Positions 1 through 12,821 of a stretch of DNA of 64,000 bases are shown piece after piece. The DNA comes from Octopus sinensis (lineage: Eukaryota). Location of the stretch: positions 21,712,464-21,776,463 of the forward strand of contig NC_043011.1 of assembly GCF_006345805.1 (NCBI RefSeq). The letters run 5' to 3'. Both the position numbers and the translations under genes were made by a program. The notes beneath the pieces are model-generated. The model was not told where the DNA came from. It saw nothing but the letters and a program-made list of their open reading frames with translations, and did not search any database. Numbering within the stretch: position 1 is the stretch's first letter; every line of letters begins with the position of its first letter.

Positions 1-791
1 AGTGGTGATGCTGGGCTTCGTATTTTTTTCATACCTTCGATGGTTACTGAGATAACCTACTACAATCATAATCTTGTGTTTATGAATGAGATAGGAAGGG
101 TTGATACATGAATAAGGAAGGAAGGAAGGGGGTGGTGTCATACTTGATAGTGTGATGATGAAAATTGTACGCTGAAAAAAATAAATGAAACAGCTTTTAA
201 AATCTGTGTGAATATATGTGTGTGTATGTGAATATGTGTGTGTGTGTGTGTGCAATTGAAGTGGGATGGTTGGGGTATGTGAATGTGTGTGAGTGTGTGT
301 CTGCATGCACAGTGGAAGTGTGATGGTTAACATTCAATGCTGAAAAGAATAATCGAACAGCATTTTAACTCTGTGTATTTGATATGTTTCACTTGAGTAA
401 AATCTGTTCTTTATAAAGGTACGTGTCTGTTTTTTTGTTGCTATAAAGTAATTTCTTTGGTATTTCTCGACCAAATTTTATTTAGCGTCATTACTATTAA
501 ACTTATGCATTTCTAATCAATTTGAAGATACTTGCTATCGAGTTGCAGATTTTTTACAATGCATTGGGTGACTATTTGCTTTATTTCTCAGGCAAAATTT
601 ACAACTTAAAATAAAAAATAAAATTATTATTTCATCCAAAAATTGATGAGCTTTGTTTTTAGTGATGACTTGAAATGGCAAATATTTTTTCTAACTGTAT
701 TTGCTTGAAAAAAAATAGACTTTTCTTTATATTTAGCAATTCTTTATACTTACTTTTACGATGTGCCTAAATATAAACCATCATTATAGAA

Positions 792-986
792 CAGTGTTTA
801 TCAACCTTTTTCGCAATTCAGCTCCCCTGTGTTGATGAAAAATTTAATTCAGCTTCTCATGTATCTGAGATAAACCAGCCGGCCCACAAAAAATCTGACA
901 AAGTGGGGTGAAGTCAGGAAATTTTCATACAGCTGGCGGCTCCAGTCGAAACAGGGGACCCAAAATGATAAGGTTGAGAAACACTG
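792..986. mobile_element. hAT-type MITE
   Basis: TIRs CAGTGTTTATCAACCTT / AAGGTTGAGAAACACTG; imperfect 8-bp TSD TTATAGAA / TTACAGAT. Confidence 0.7.
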
Positions 987-1063
987 TTACAGATTATGCC
1001 TAACCGAAAACAATCACAGCCACATCATCCAAACAGACCAGATGAAACCGGGCTTAGCTGCTA

Positions 1064-1064
<1 letters not shown>

Positions 1065-1125
<61 letters not shown>

Positions 1126-1249
1126 GTATATATATACATACATATATACACACATATATATACATATATACACACACACATATATATATATATACATATA
1201 TAAATACATTTATATACATATATGGATACATACATATATATATATATAC

Positions 1250-1325
<76 letters not shown>

Positions 1326-1326
1326 C

Positions 1327-1363
<37 letters not shown>

Positions 1364-1521
1364 CATATATATACATATAATATACATATATATACATATA
1401 TATACATATAATATACATACATTCATATATACACACATATATATACATATATACACACACACACATATATATATATACATATATAAATACATTTATATAC
1501 ATATATGGATACATACATATA

Positions 1522-1559
<38 letters not shown>

Positions 1560-1712
1560 CATATATATACATATAATATACATATATATATACATATAAT
1601 ATACATATATATATATATAGAGATAGATAGATAGATACATATATATATACAAATATATATACATATATATAGAGACACACAGACAGACAGATATCTACAC
1701 ACATACATATAT
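1065..1712. repeat. Compound (TA)n/(CATA)n/(TAGA)n microsatellite block
   Basis: Directly visible; source of the Y/I/M/V pseudo-ORFs. Confidence 0.95.
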
Positions 1713-2324
1713 CATTGCTATTATACAAAACTGTCCTAAGTCCAAAACGTTGCTTTTTGAGAAAAACAAAAGTTTCACCATTCCATTTCATTTTACATTG
1801 CTCACTTTATTGTTAATATATCCAAAAAGTACAATGTAATGCAAAGCAGTCATTTCAGAAACATTGGAAAACATTTTGGTAGTACTTTTTCTTCCACGGC
1901 ATCATTAATTTTTAGTTCAATTTTGTTTCTTGGCCTTACTAATTTTGCAAAAAAAAACAAAACCTTAAAACTTGCAACATACTAATCTACTGAAAAAAGG
2001 ATTTTGCTTAATAGCACGCTCAAAGCATTATTGATGAATTATGAGCAATTGCAAATGAATTAGCTGATAAGCATACAATGTATAACAAAGTTTAATTTGA
2101 AGTGAACACGTATCATTAGTCAGGAAAGCACCAAATAAGCAAACTTCAAGTAAGGCCAATATCTCCATACACTGCAAGAATTCACAATTTTCATCTCAAA
2201 ATGCAAAGAATCTAACAACAACACCATAATAACAGTCAAGGTTCAAACCCTTTGAGATATTTATGATGTCATGCAAAGCTTAATGCTAAAAATTTTCCAA
2301 AATAACCTTACTTATTCTGTTCTT

Positions 2325-4193
2325 CATTCATACAGGTGACTTGTTTTAAACTTTGGAATAGCAAATTTTTGACATGTGTTTAATAAATCTTTCATTTTGC
2401 TTATTTGGATGGGCTGGGAAGCCTCTTTGTTTATAAGTTTATATTGGATGCTTTTAATTCTTTTAAATGTCACATTTAGTGGCACAGGCTAATTCAAAGC
2501 AGATCAACTGTACAAAACTTCCCCTTTCTGTAACTCATAATTTGCTTTTTGGAAACTTTTGCTGTTCCCTTTCTGGACACTGTCTAACTTATAACATCTG
2601 CAAAATCATAAATTTGTGATTGGTCCAATTCTGTGACATAGTAGCTCTTTTTCTTTGAAGCTGATTTAATGAGCATGTACCACTGTTCAGGAATAAACAC
2701 GTCTAGGTGCTTTGTTACACATTCACTCACAGAGTGGACAGAATCGTTTTTATTTCAGACTCAAAGAAATAGTGATTAATTACTTTGATGTTCTTTGCTT
2801 CTATGTTTATGAAAGCATGAAACAAAGCCAGAATGTTTCAGTTACAGTTTTGTCCTGGGCATGCATCACTAAAGAAGTTAACTCCTCTCGCTCCATTTGC
2901 ATCCCATTATTTCAGCATTTGGAACAAGCAACTGCCAATTTCATTACTACCTTGACCAGATACTGTTTCATTCCAGACAAAACAAAGTAACTTCATCATT
3001 AGTTAAATCATTATGTCGAGAGTTTTTGAGAATCATGAAATAATGAGACTTCAGATTTTGGAGAAGGAAGAGCTTTTTGCAAGTCAAATACAGCTGTGAC
3101 TTTGGTATTGTCAATTTTCTTGCTTCAAAGTGGTTTTAATTTCACAATTTTCTTCTGCCTTTTCACAATGCACTTCAAATTTTTCTGCTTCTTTTTCTTG
3201 TTCTTCAATATTTAGATTTCGAAACTTTTCACAGGTTTCGCACCGGTCCTTTTGGGGACAATGAAAACTCAAGTTCATTGACTGAAAAGTTTGCCAGTAT
3301 ATTGTGTAGCTCAAGGGCTGTGTTTCCTTTTCCTTACATACTTCCTTATACATGTCATACATTTTTGACAAGGTTAATTCTGAAGAGAGACTCAGTAAGT
3401 TGCTTGAAGACCTACAATAATGACTTGGAACTTGTAGAAGTGATAAAATATGCTGACGAAGCTCTTTTTTGCGATGTTTCATCTGCTTATCATTTCTCTT
3501 TGTTTTTCCACGATTATCATCTTCTACCACTCCATTTGCACCTTTTTTTAAAGCAGTTGTTACTGTGGTTTCTGAAATTGAAAGTGTGTTAAGAAAAAAT
3601 ATTTTGCAGACTTCCACTTCAACATCATCGATGCAAAAACAATATTTCAAGCTTGAATTTCTTCTGGAATTATCACTTTTAGTTCTTTTTCTTTCTTTGT
3701 TGTGTTTTGAAACACAGTTGATAATAAACTGTCGTTGCTTATTTATATCTCCTAACTCCCAGTAAACAGTGAACAAGGTCTTTCTTCTTTGTTCAGAAAT
3801 TTTTGTGTCACATTTTAGTCGTTTACAATCACAGCTTTTTTTCAACATTTTAGCTGGGAATTTTTGCGTAGTGCCTATACAACTTAATCCACTATTCCTT
3901 CTCTTTTTGTTTTCTGATCTTGTAAATTCTTTTTGTCTTTTACGACCTCTTTTAGCTCTGACTGAAATCTGTGAGTTATCAACAGGTATACATTCCTTAT
4001 TCAATGGGGCATGAAGCAATTGAGGTACATCGTTTTCACCTGTGCTTATATCATCAGAGCAATTTCGTGATTTCATGATGTCAGGTTCATAAGGATGATT
4101 AATCACATGTTCCGAACTATTAACATCCGAGTCACTTGAGTCATCTTCCTTCACGTTTTCGGCAGCAACATTTACACTAATTTCTGTAGCCAT
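2325..4193 (-). pseudogene. Decayed cut-and-paste DDD transposase, Sola-like
   Basis: ORF 3111..4193 has CDCKRLKC, YWELGD..QRQFI, VCKIFFLNTLSIS, D.RG, SHYCR, SF..P.KDRCETC. Frameshifted continuation below 3111 gives VFDLQKALPSP, WNETVSGQGSNEIGSCL, FSDACPGQN, FIPEQW, KMKDL. Superfamily name is from motif recall. Confidence 0.7.
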
Positions 4194-4437
4194 TGCAAAA
4201 CTCTACCACTCGCAATAAAAATCTAAAGAGAAAGAAACATAACACAGTCAGTCCTTGTTAAATGAATAGTAGATGACTGGTTCAATTAAATTAGGCTTTA
4301 GTGTTTCAAAACAATAACATCCAAACTTACATTTGTTAAAAAAGCAATAAGGCCACCTATAGCTAAATGTTTAGGCCTGTGTGTGTGAGATGTTTCAGTT
4401 GCAAACCTATATATATATACACACACATACATGGCGA

Positions 4438-4760
4438 GGACCCCTTTGGTCATGACTGACCATGGGATTGCACCTAGAAAGTTACCCTCCCAGGCACAAG
4501 TCCAGGCAAGGTTGTTTTTATGGAAGACCAGCAGTTGCCCATGTATACTGGCCTCCCCTCTCCATGCAACCAGTGTTATCCATGGGAAAGGCAAGGGCCG
4601 ATGCAGCTTGGCACCTGTGACATCGCAAGTCATTTCTACAACTGAGTGAACTGGAGCAACGTGAAATAAAGTGTCTTGCTCAAGAACACAAACACGTAGC
4701 CCAGTCTAGGATTCAAACTCACAACCTCGCGATCATAAGCTCAGCGCTCTAACCACTAAA
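4438..4760 (-). mobile_element. SINE-like dispersed repeat (family D; further copies ~36330-36655, ~39560-39795, ~56880-57200)
   Basis: Shared GACCCCTTTGGTCATGA.TGACCATGGGATTGCACCTAGAAAG...AAAGTGTCTTGCTCAAGAACACA...GGATTCAAACTC sequence in four places. Confidence 0.75.
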
Positions 4761-4785
4761 CATATTTATATGTATATAAATATAC

Positions 4786-4823
<38 letters not shown>

Positions 4824-5000
4824 TACATATAAATACATATATCAAAGTAAGGTGATTATGAAATTGTATGGATAACACCGTACTAAATTCTGGTGCCTCA
4901 ACTTAAGTACCATATTCATCTGAATATAAATATACATATATACATACATATAAACATACATATATATATATATAAATACATACATATATATAAATACATA

Positions 5001-5345
5001 CATCATCATCGTTTAACGTCCATTCTCCATGCTAGCATGGGTTGGACGGTTCGACTGGGGATCTGAAAAGCCAGAAGGCTGCACCAGGCCCAGTCTGATC
5101 TGGCAATGCTTCTACAGCTGGATGCCCTTCCTAACGCCAACCACTCCGTGAGTGTAGTGGGTGCTTTTTATGTGCCACCTGCACAGGTGCCAGGCGAGGC
5201 TGGCATCGGCCACGGTCGGATTGGTGCATTTTACGTGCCACCGGCACGGAAGCAAGTCGAGGCGACACTGGCTTAGGCCACGATTCGGATGGTGCTTTTT
5301 ACGTGCCACCGACACAGAAGCCAGTCGAGGCAGCGCTGGCACGCT
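5001..5345 (-). mobile_element. SINE-like repeat (family B) with (GAT)n tail; further copies ~18260-18580, 40775-41250, 53722-53965, 57220-57510, 60090-60430
   Basis: CATCATCATCGTTTAACGTCC...CCATGCTAGCATGGGTTGGACGG...GGATGCCCTTCCTAACGCCAACCACTCCG plus internal GGCACGTAAAAAGCACC subrepeats. Confidence 0.85.
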
Positions 5346-5499
5346 AGAGTTGAACTAGGGTCAGCTGATGAAGGGGATTTTTCCTTGTGTAGTTTGTCTT
5401 GTACTCTGTTTTTCTGTTGTAAAAAAGTGGTTTGTTCCATGCTTGTTTTTCCGTTTTCGTTTCTCGTTGAGTTCTATGTCTAGTTGTGGTGTCCTGTAC

Positions 5500-6389
5500 T
5501 CACGTATATATATTTATATATGCATGTATATATACATGTAGATGTAGGTACGTACATATATGTATGTATGTATGCATATATTTTATTTATTACACTTATT
5601 GTATGACAGCGCCCTCGCGTCGATTCGATTCGTTCTTATTCTCCAAGTACTGTTTTATATATATATATATATATACACACACATACATATATACATACAT
5701 ACATATAAACATACATATATATATATATATACATACATATAAACATACATATATATATACATACATATAAACATACATATATATATACTACATACATATA
5801 AACACACATATATATATACATACATATATATATATATATACATATATACATACATATATAATATATACATATATACACATATATATATATACACATATAT
5901 ATACACATATATATACACATATATATACACATATATATACACATATATACATATATATATACACATATATACATACACATATATACATATACACATATAT
6001 ATATATACACATATATACATATATATACACATATATACATATATATACACATATATATATACATATATATATACACATATATATATACATATATTATACA
6101 CATATATATACACACATATATACACATATACATACATATAAACATACTTATACATATAAACATACATATAAACATACTTATACATATAAACATACATATA
6201 CATATATATGTAATATATATATATATATCATCATCATCATCATTTAGCGTCTGTTTTCCATGCTAGCATGGGTTGGACGGTTCAACTGGGGTCTATGTAT
6301 ACATATACATATGTATATATATATAGATATATATATATTTGTATATATATAGATATATATATATGTGTATATATATATACATATATATT

Positions 6390-6427
<38 letters not shown>

Positions 6428-6726
6428 TACATATATACATATAGACACATATATACATATAGAAATATATATACATATGTATATATATATATATACATAC
6501 ATGCATATATATATATATATACATATACATCCATCCATCCATACATATATATATATACATAAATATACATACATATGTATATATACATACATATACCTAT
6601 ATATACATATATATACACACACATGTATATATACATATATATATACATATGTATGTGTATATACACACACGCATATATATATATAATATAACACACAATA
6701 TAATGTATATATATCCACATATATAC

Positions 6727-6770
<44 letters not shown>
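5500..6770. repeat. Long compound TA/CA microsatellite region
   Basis: Directly visible; interrupted by a short SINE tail fragment at ~6230-6295. Confidence 0.95.
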
Positions 6771-6772
<2 letters not shown>

Positions 6773-6868
6773 ATCAATATAGGGGGCAAGGAAAATTTTG
6801 TAGAATTTATGCCCACCACGGCCCAGCGGGAAAAAAATTAAATAGTCATAGACCATTTTAAGTTCACA

Positions 6869-7119
6869 TAACATTAAGGAACGGCCATAATAGGCCATTC
6901 ACCCACTAGAAATAACAGCCAAAGCTTCTACCGCAAATAAAGATTAATTCCGTAAACAGGAGAAATTAAAAACGGTATACCGGTATACCGTACAAGAAAT
7001 ATAGGGTAAATTTTTTTTAATTTTCTCCTGTTTACGGAATTAATCTTTATTTGCGTAGAAGCTTTGGCTGTTATTTCTAGTGGGTTTGAATGGCCTATTA
7101 TGGCCGTCCTTAATTGTTA
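6869..7119. repeat. ~100-bp inverted repeat with central 20-bp perfect palindrome
   Basis: Arms ~6869-6972 and ~7014-7119 are near-exact reverse complements; ACGGTATACCGGTATACCGT at 6972-6991. Confidence 0.9.
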
Positions 7120-7599
7120 ATATAATATATAGATATATATATATATACTATATATATAATATATATATATATACATTAGCATATACATACTGACCAAGTA
7201 AAATTGTAAGGTACTGCACAAGTGGAATATATATGAGAAGATTTGAAAAGCAATTAAAAATGTTTATTCACTTTGTTATCAGAAAAGTATCAAAATACAG
7301 ATATACATTCTTTGATAATAATAAAAAAAATGTTAAAAACAGTTTACAAGAAAGTATTTAAGAAAGTAATCAGAACGGGACTCCAAAATGTATTTTGAGT
7401 TCAATAAAAATCATGTTTTTTTGGTAGTAATCTTTACATTTATAAGGTAATATTCTTTACATTTATTCTTGGTTTTAGGTATATCCGTATCTAATATTAT
7501 TATATTGTTCTATTAAAACTACATTTAATTATCTTCTCATAATTGTTTAAGATTACAAACTGCAAGGGGTGGTATCTGTTCAAATATTTTTCATTTTAT

Positions 7600-8500
7600 T
7601 ATACGTAAAGCTATTTTTATGTCAGCATTTTATTCCCCTCTCTTCTGTGCTGTTCAGTAATACTTCTTTCGACTGGAGTATTTTCATAAACTCAGTAGTG
7701 CATAACAAGCACATTTTATTACCTATTCTATATGACTTTACTCTACTAATGATATTCCAATTCAGGGTATATTCTATTTTTTCAGATTTCAATTCCCATA
7801 CATAGACCTGTTGAATTACTTAATTTGGGATTTTTAAAGGAGTGATAATGCTGGGAATTTCTTCTTTTAATTTCATTCACTGTGGATCCTATATATTCTT
7901 TTTTCTTCTTATTATTATCATTAGATGCTACAGTACATTTATAAATTACATTATCAAGGTTGCAATTATTATTAAGCCTACATTTTGATTTATCTTTATA
8001 TGTGCATTTATTTAGTATAAGGTTGTTTTTTGTTTGTTATATTTCTTCCATAGCTATTATTAATATTAGTTAAATTGTTATTATAGAATTTATTTAATTT
8101 GACGTTTATAGAGGATATAATATTACTAACATTTCTTGTTGTCGAATATCCCACCCTCATAGTTTTTTTTTTTTTTTTGAGAATATTTTCAAATACTCTT
8201 TATTCTTTTTAAAGGATATTTTAATTATTTTCAGAATTTCTTTAATTAATAATTTGGTTTGGACCCCATAAGGGATAATTAACCATATTATTTCCTTATG
8301 TTTTTTATTATTAATATTACTATTATTATTGTTCTTTGTCTTTGTATTCTTCATGGGTATATAATAATAATGTTTATTTCCATTCAAATTCTTTTTGGTA
8401 TTATCCTTACTATGATCATTTTTATTAATATTATTTTTATTTATACTTATATTTATCTTTATTTCTTTCCTTATATTCTTTATTATTATCTTTGTTATTA
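7600..8500 (-). mobile_element. Penelope-like retroelement remnant (linker + GIY-YIG endonuclease)
   Basis: Minus-strand translation gives IIWLIIPY...ILKIIKISF...KIF, CTYKDKSKCRLNNNCNLDNVIYKCTV...EYIGS, WELK..KIEYTLNWNII, CLLCTTE, LLN; stops and frameshifts present. Confidence 0.75.
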
Positions 8501-8639
8501 CCTCTATAGTTATTATCTTTGTTAATACCTCTATAGTTAGTATGAGGACATGCGTAAGCTTGCAAGAAATGAAGCTAGTATGCTCTACTGGATGTGTAAT
8601 GTCAGTGTGCATACATAACAGAGTGTAAACGCCCTCAGA

Positions 8640-9290
8640 GAAAAGTTGGACATAAGAAGCATCAGATGTGGTGTACAAAAGATAATTGCGCTAGTATAGT
8701 CATGTGTTGCGTATGGATGAGGACAGCTGTGTGAAAAGGTGTCACACCCTTAACAGTGGAGGGAACATGTGGAAGAGGTAGACCCAGGAAGACCTGGGAT
8801 GAGGTGATGAAGCACAACCTTTAAATGTTAGGCCTCACAGAGGTAATGACAAGTAACCAAGACCTTTGGAGATATACTGTTCTTAAGAAGGCCAGGCAAG
8901 CCAAGTGAGACTGTAACCATGGCCTATGCCAGTGCAGCATAACCAGTCTATCTAAGAGTACCCTTCAATCATTGGACAATAATCTGTGCTTGACAAGACC
9001 TGTTGAGTCAAGCGAAATAATTGTCATGGCTGATGCCAGTACCACCTGACTAGCACCTGTGCCAGTGGCACATAAAAAGCTCCATTCAAGTGTGGTTGAT
9101 GCCAGTGCTGCCTGACCGGTCCCATGCCGGTGGTATGTAAAAAGCATCATTCGAGTATGGCTGTTGCTAGTAAAACGCACCCAGTACACTCTCGGAGTGG
9201 TTGGCATTAGGAAGGGCATCCAGCTGCAGAAACCTTACCAGTTCAGATTGGAGCCTAATGCAGCCTTCTGGCTTGCCAGTCCCTAGTCAA
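8640..9290 (+). mobile_element. RTE-type LINE 3' remnant running into a family-B-like repeat
   Basis: HVLRMDEDSCVKRC...GRGRPRKTWDEV motif typical of RTE ORF C-termini. Confidence 0.65.
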
Positions 9291-9299
9291 AGGTGACTA

Positions 9300-10420
9300 T
9301 GAGAAAAACAAGCCAGTAGATTTCAAAAACTGACCTTAGGCTTTATTAATAGACATTGCAAAGCAGAGACGCACTGGGAATTGTGTTCATTTGAACTCAA
9401 ATGTCATGTCCGTTGGTTCGATTGGAATTCTTGGGATGAAAGCCTCTTCCCCAGAGGCACATACATTGATGATGGTAGCTTATGTCACATTAGGTGGAAA
9501 TGTCTTCACTATCAACCTTGTCCCATTGCATAATTTAGGAAGATCTAAATTTCTTTGAAGCATTATTGGAACTGCTACCTTCAGAAAAAAGTTTATGTGG
9601 AGGAGCTCCAAGTGGCTCAAGAGAATTAAGGAACTCTGTTGGGTAACAGACAGCTTGATTTTCATCAAGGACAGAATCAACTGATTTGTACTTCTTAATG
9701 ACTGATGGAATCTTATTCATTAATTCATGGTTAATCCTTGCTACTGTCTCATTTTTTGGAGCAAGAATTGCCTTTTCATACAACCATTTATGTGAATTAT
9801 AATTATTACTTAAGTCTGGAAATATCCTGTTCTTCAATTCAGCTGGGAAATTCACCATGATAGCAATATGAACCAAACTGATATCATAATTCCCATCGAA
9901 TGGTACTTTCCCATTTCCTAATTGGAGGAGCCAGGTTGAAAAATATTTTGCACATTGGTCCCCATGTAATAAAACTTGCACATCAGTATTGAAGGAAAAT
10001 TTCACTACTTTATTCCATAGGTGTGAAAACTTAATGCATGCTTTTATTTCATCAGATCTTGTTCATCTCGGAATGACTGGTAATGTCTGTCTTAAGTCTC
10101 CTGATAAAACTAATGTAACTCCTCCCATAGATTTATTATTGCCTCTGATATCCTGTAAGGTCTTACCATTGCACCTCTATGATGAACCCGAATCTTTGCT
10201 TATGTTACAAATTGGACTGTCATTGGTGACCAGGTTTAGTGGTAATTTAAAAGCAGAATGAGCTGTTTGTCCTTCTGGGAGAATGGTGGAAGCAAAGCCA
10301 GACAATGGTACGACAACTGCAATTCTTTTTTTGTTACCTTACCTTGGAAAGAAGTTATGTTACAAATGTTTTACCTGTGCCACCAGGAGCATCAAGAAAG
10401 AAAATTCCTCTGCTTTTTCT
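9300..10420 (-). mobile_element. Helitron PIF1-type helicase remnant
   Basis: FFLDAPGGTGKTF (Walker A), TAHSAFKLPL, LSGDLRQTLPVI, WLLQLGNGK, AILAPKN, YPTEFLNSL, IMLQRNLD.PKLCNGTRL, FIPRI; multiple frameshifts. Confidence 0.9.
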
Positions 10421-10943
10421 GTGGAACGCTGCATGCACGCATACACACACACACTTACAGATACATATACATACAGTATCAAACATAAAATGAAATGGGT
10501 GTGTATTAGAGAAAGAGAGAGAGAGAGAGAGAGCAAGTGACGGGGCATGTTGTCATGTATACATACATACATAAATAGGCATACATCTTTCTTGTATGTG
10601 TGTGTGTGTGTGTGAGAGAGAAAGAGAGAGAGTGCCACTTAAATATCACTCTCTCTCTCTCTCTCATACACAAACATGCACACATACATAGAAAAAAGAT
10701 GTATGCATATGTATTTATGTAAGTATAATTGACAACATACCCTTTCGCTCTCACACACACAGACACACACATACATAAATGTATACAAACAAACATACAT
10801 ACAAAAACACGCGTGTGCATGTGTGACTGACTACAAATACATAGAGCTGAACATGGAGTGCAAAGAGAACAATAAATAAAGATTTTTTACAGAAATTAAC
10901 GAAGTGTGCAAGCTCAGAACGAAATCAAACCTGGAGTGTGTGT

Positions 10944-11020
<77 letters not shown>

Positions 11021-11158
11021 TGAGAGAGAACATTGCAAACAATGAATGAAATAAACATGGATTGAAAAAATTGTATAAATAAAAGCACGTTAAAAAGTAT
11101 CTTGTAGCAAATATTTAAATTTGTGAACTTCTTATGAAAACAAAACATTCGTACTACA

Positions 11159-11550
11159 GGCACGAGAGTGGCTGTGTGGTAAGTAGCTTGCTTACCAACC
11201 ACATGGTTCCGGGTTCAGTCCCACTGCGTGGCACCTTGGGCAAGTGTCTTCTACTATAGCCTCGGCCCAACCAAAGCCTTGTGAGTGAATTTGGTAGGCA
11301 GAAACTGAAAGAAGCCCGTCGTATATATATGTGTGTGTGTGTGTGTGTGAATTTGTGTCTGTGTTTGTCCCCCCAACAAAGCTTGACAACCGATGGTGGT
11401 GTGTTTACGTCCCCGTAACTTAGCAGTTCAGCAAAAGAGGCTGATAGAATAAGTACTAGGCTTACGAAAAAATAAATCCTGGTATCAATTTGCTCGACTA
11501 AAAGCAGTCAAAATGGCCGCAGTCAAAATGACTGAAACAAGTAAAAGAGA
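11159..11550 (+). mobile_element. tRNA-derived SINE (family A)
   Basis: GTGGCTGTGTGGTAAG..GGTTCAGTCCC A/B-box-like head, CCTTGGGCAAGTGTCTTCTACTATAGC core, GACTGAAACAAGTAAAAGAG tail; many copies in the window. Confidence 0.85.
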
Positions 11551-11679
11551 ATATATAAACACACACATCAACCTCATTTAACATCCACTTCCATGTTGGG
11601 ATGGATTGGACGGTGCAGAAGGTAACACCAAGCTCCACTATCTGTTTTGGCTCCCAGAATACAAACACACATGCATATA

Positions 11680-11731
11680 TGCACATATATATATATATGT
11701 ATATATATATATATGTATGTATGTATGTGTA

Positions 11732-11770
<39 letters not shown>

Positions 11771-12110
11771 ATATATATATTCCAAAATTCAACTACAAGT
11801 GGACTGTTGGTGATTTTTTCCTCCTCCTTTTCTTATGCTTTTCATATGACACCATCACCAGATCAAAAAGCATTGGAGATGATATAAAAATCTAAAAAAA
11901 TTTTCCAGTCTCCTGTTTTTGTGTGTATGTATATGTGTATGTATGTGTGTATGTATGTGTGTGTATGTATGTGTGTATGTATGTATGTGTCTATGTATGT
12001 ATGTGTGTATGTATGTATGTGTGTATGTATGTATGTGTGTATGTATGTATGTATGTATGTGCATATGTATGTATGTATGTGTATATGTATGTATGTGTGT
12101 ATGTGTATAT
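11680..12110. repeat. (TA)n/(TG)n/(TATG)n microsatellites
   Basis: Directly visible. Confidence 0.9.
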
Positions 12111-12376
12111 TTTTGTTTGTTTTTGTCCCCCACCTACCATTTGACAACTGATGTTGGTTTGTTTATATTCCTGTAACTTAGTGGTTCAGCAGAAGAATCC
12201 AATAGAATAAGTACAAAGCTTTAAAAGTAAGTAATGTTGTCAATTTATTCAACTAAAACCCTTCCAGTCGGTGCTCCAGCATTGCCACAGTCTAATGACT
12301 GAAACAAATAAAGAGTTGAAAGATAAAATATCATTTTCGCTGTCATTCACTCTAATTACCTCGGAGAATTATTTTC

Positions 12377-12678
12377 TTTTACTCTTATTCTATCGGTCTC
12401 TTTTGCCGAACCGCTAAGTGACGGGGACGTAAACACACCAGCATCGGTTGTCAAGCAATGCTAGTGGGACAAACACAGACACACAAACACACATACATAT
12501 ATATACATATATATGACAGGCTTCTTTCAGTTTCCGTCTACCAAATCCACTCACAAGGCATTGGTCGGCCCGGGGCTATAGCAGAAGACACTTGCCCAAG
12601 GTGCCACGCAGTGGGACTGAACTCGGAACCATGTGGTTGGTTAGCAAGCTACTTACCACACAGCCACTCCTGCGCCTA
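12377..12678 (-). mobile_element. tRNA-derived SINE (family A)
   Basis: Reverse-complement copy of the 11159 element. Confidence 0.85.
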
Positions 12679-12720
12679 TTATACTGTTCTTCGTTTAAAA
12701 TAATTTTTCAAAAATCTTAC

Positions 12721-12821
12721 CAGTTCTATCACTAATGCTGTTTGTTACGCAGGCTTCAGGAACATCACGCTGAATCTTTGTGCGAAGCTCATCCACCCGG
12801 TCCTCATAGCCTCAGGAATTG
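12721..12821 (-). CDS. Rdx selenoprotein coding exon 2 with in-frame TGA (putative Sec)
   Basis: Acceptor TTTTGTAG|C, donor G|GTAAGA; 101 nt; C AAT TCC TGA GGC TAT = (C)NSUGY. Confidence 0.85.

Noticed and set aside
1725-1795. NGETFVF / LFFSK-like peptide as a possible third exon of the Rdx selenoprotein
   Set aside because: The motifs are in different frames and lack suitable splice sites; more likely transposon-flank sequence.
4331-4406. 76-nt exon-like segment as Rdx exon 3
   Set aside because: In the required phase it hits a TAG and shows no Rdx similarity.
5360-5400. CTGATGAAGGGG resembling a hammerhead core
   Set aside because: No stem II closed by GAAA follows.
1014-6861. Many long Y/I/M/V/C-rich ORFs in the ORF track (also 10300-12180)
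   Set aside because: They are translations of TA/CA/TG microsatellites that happen to lack stops.
11165-11240. tRNA-like A/B boxes
   Set aside because: SINE heads that do not form a full cloverleaf; no genuine tRNA gene was recognised in the window.
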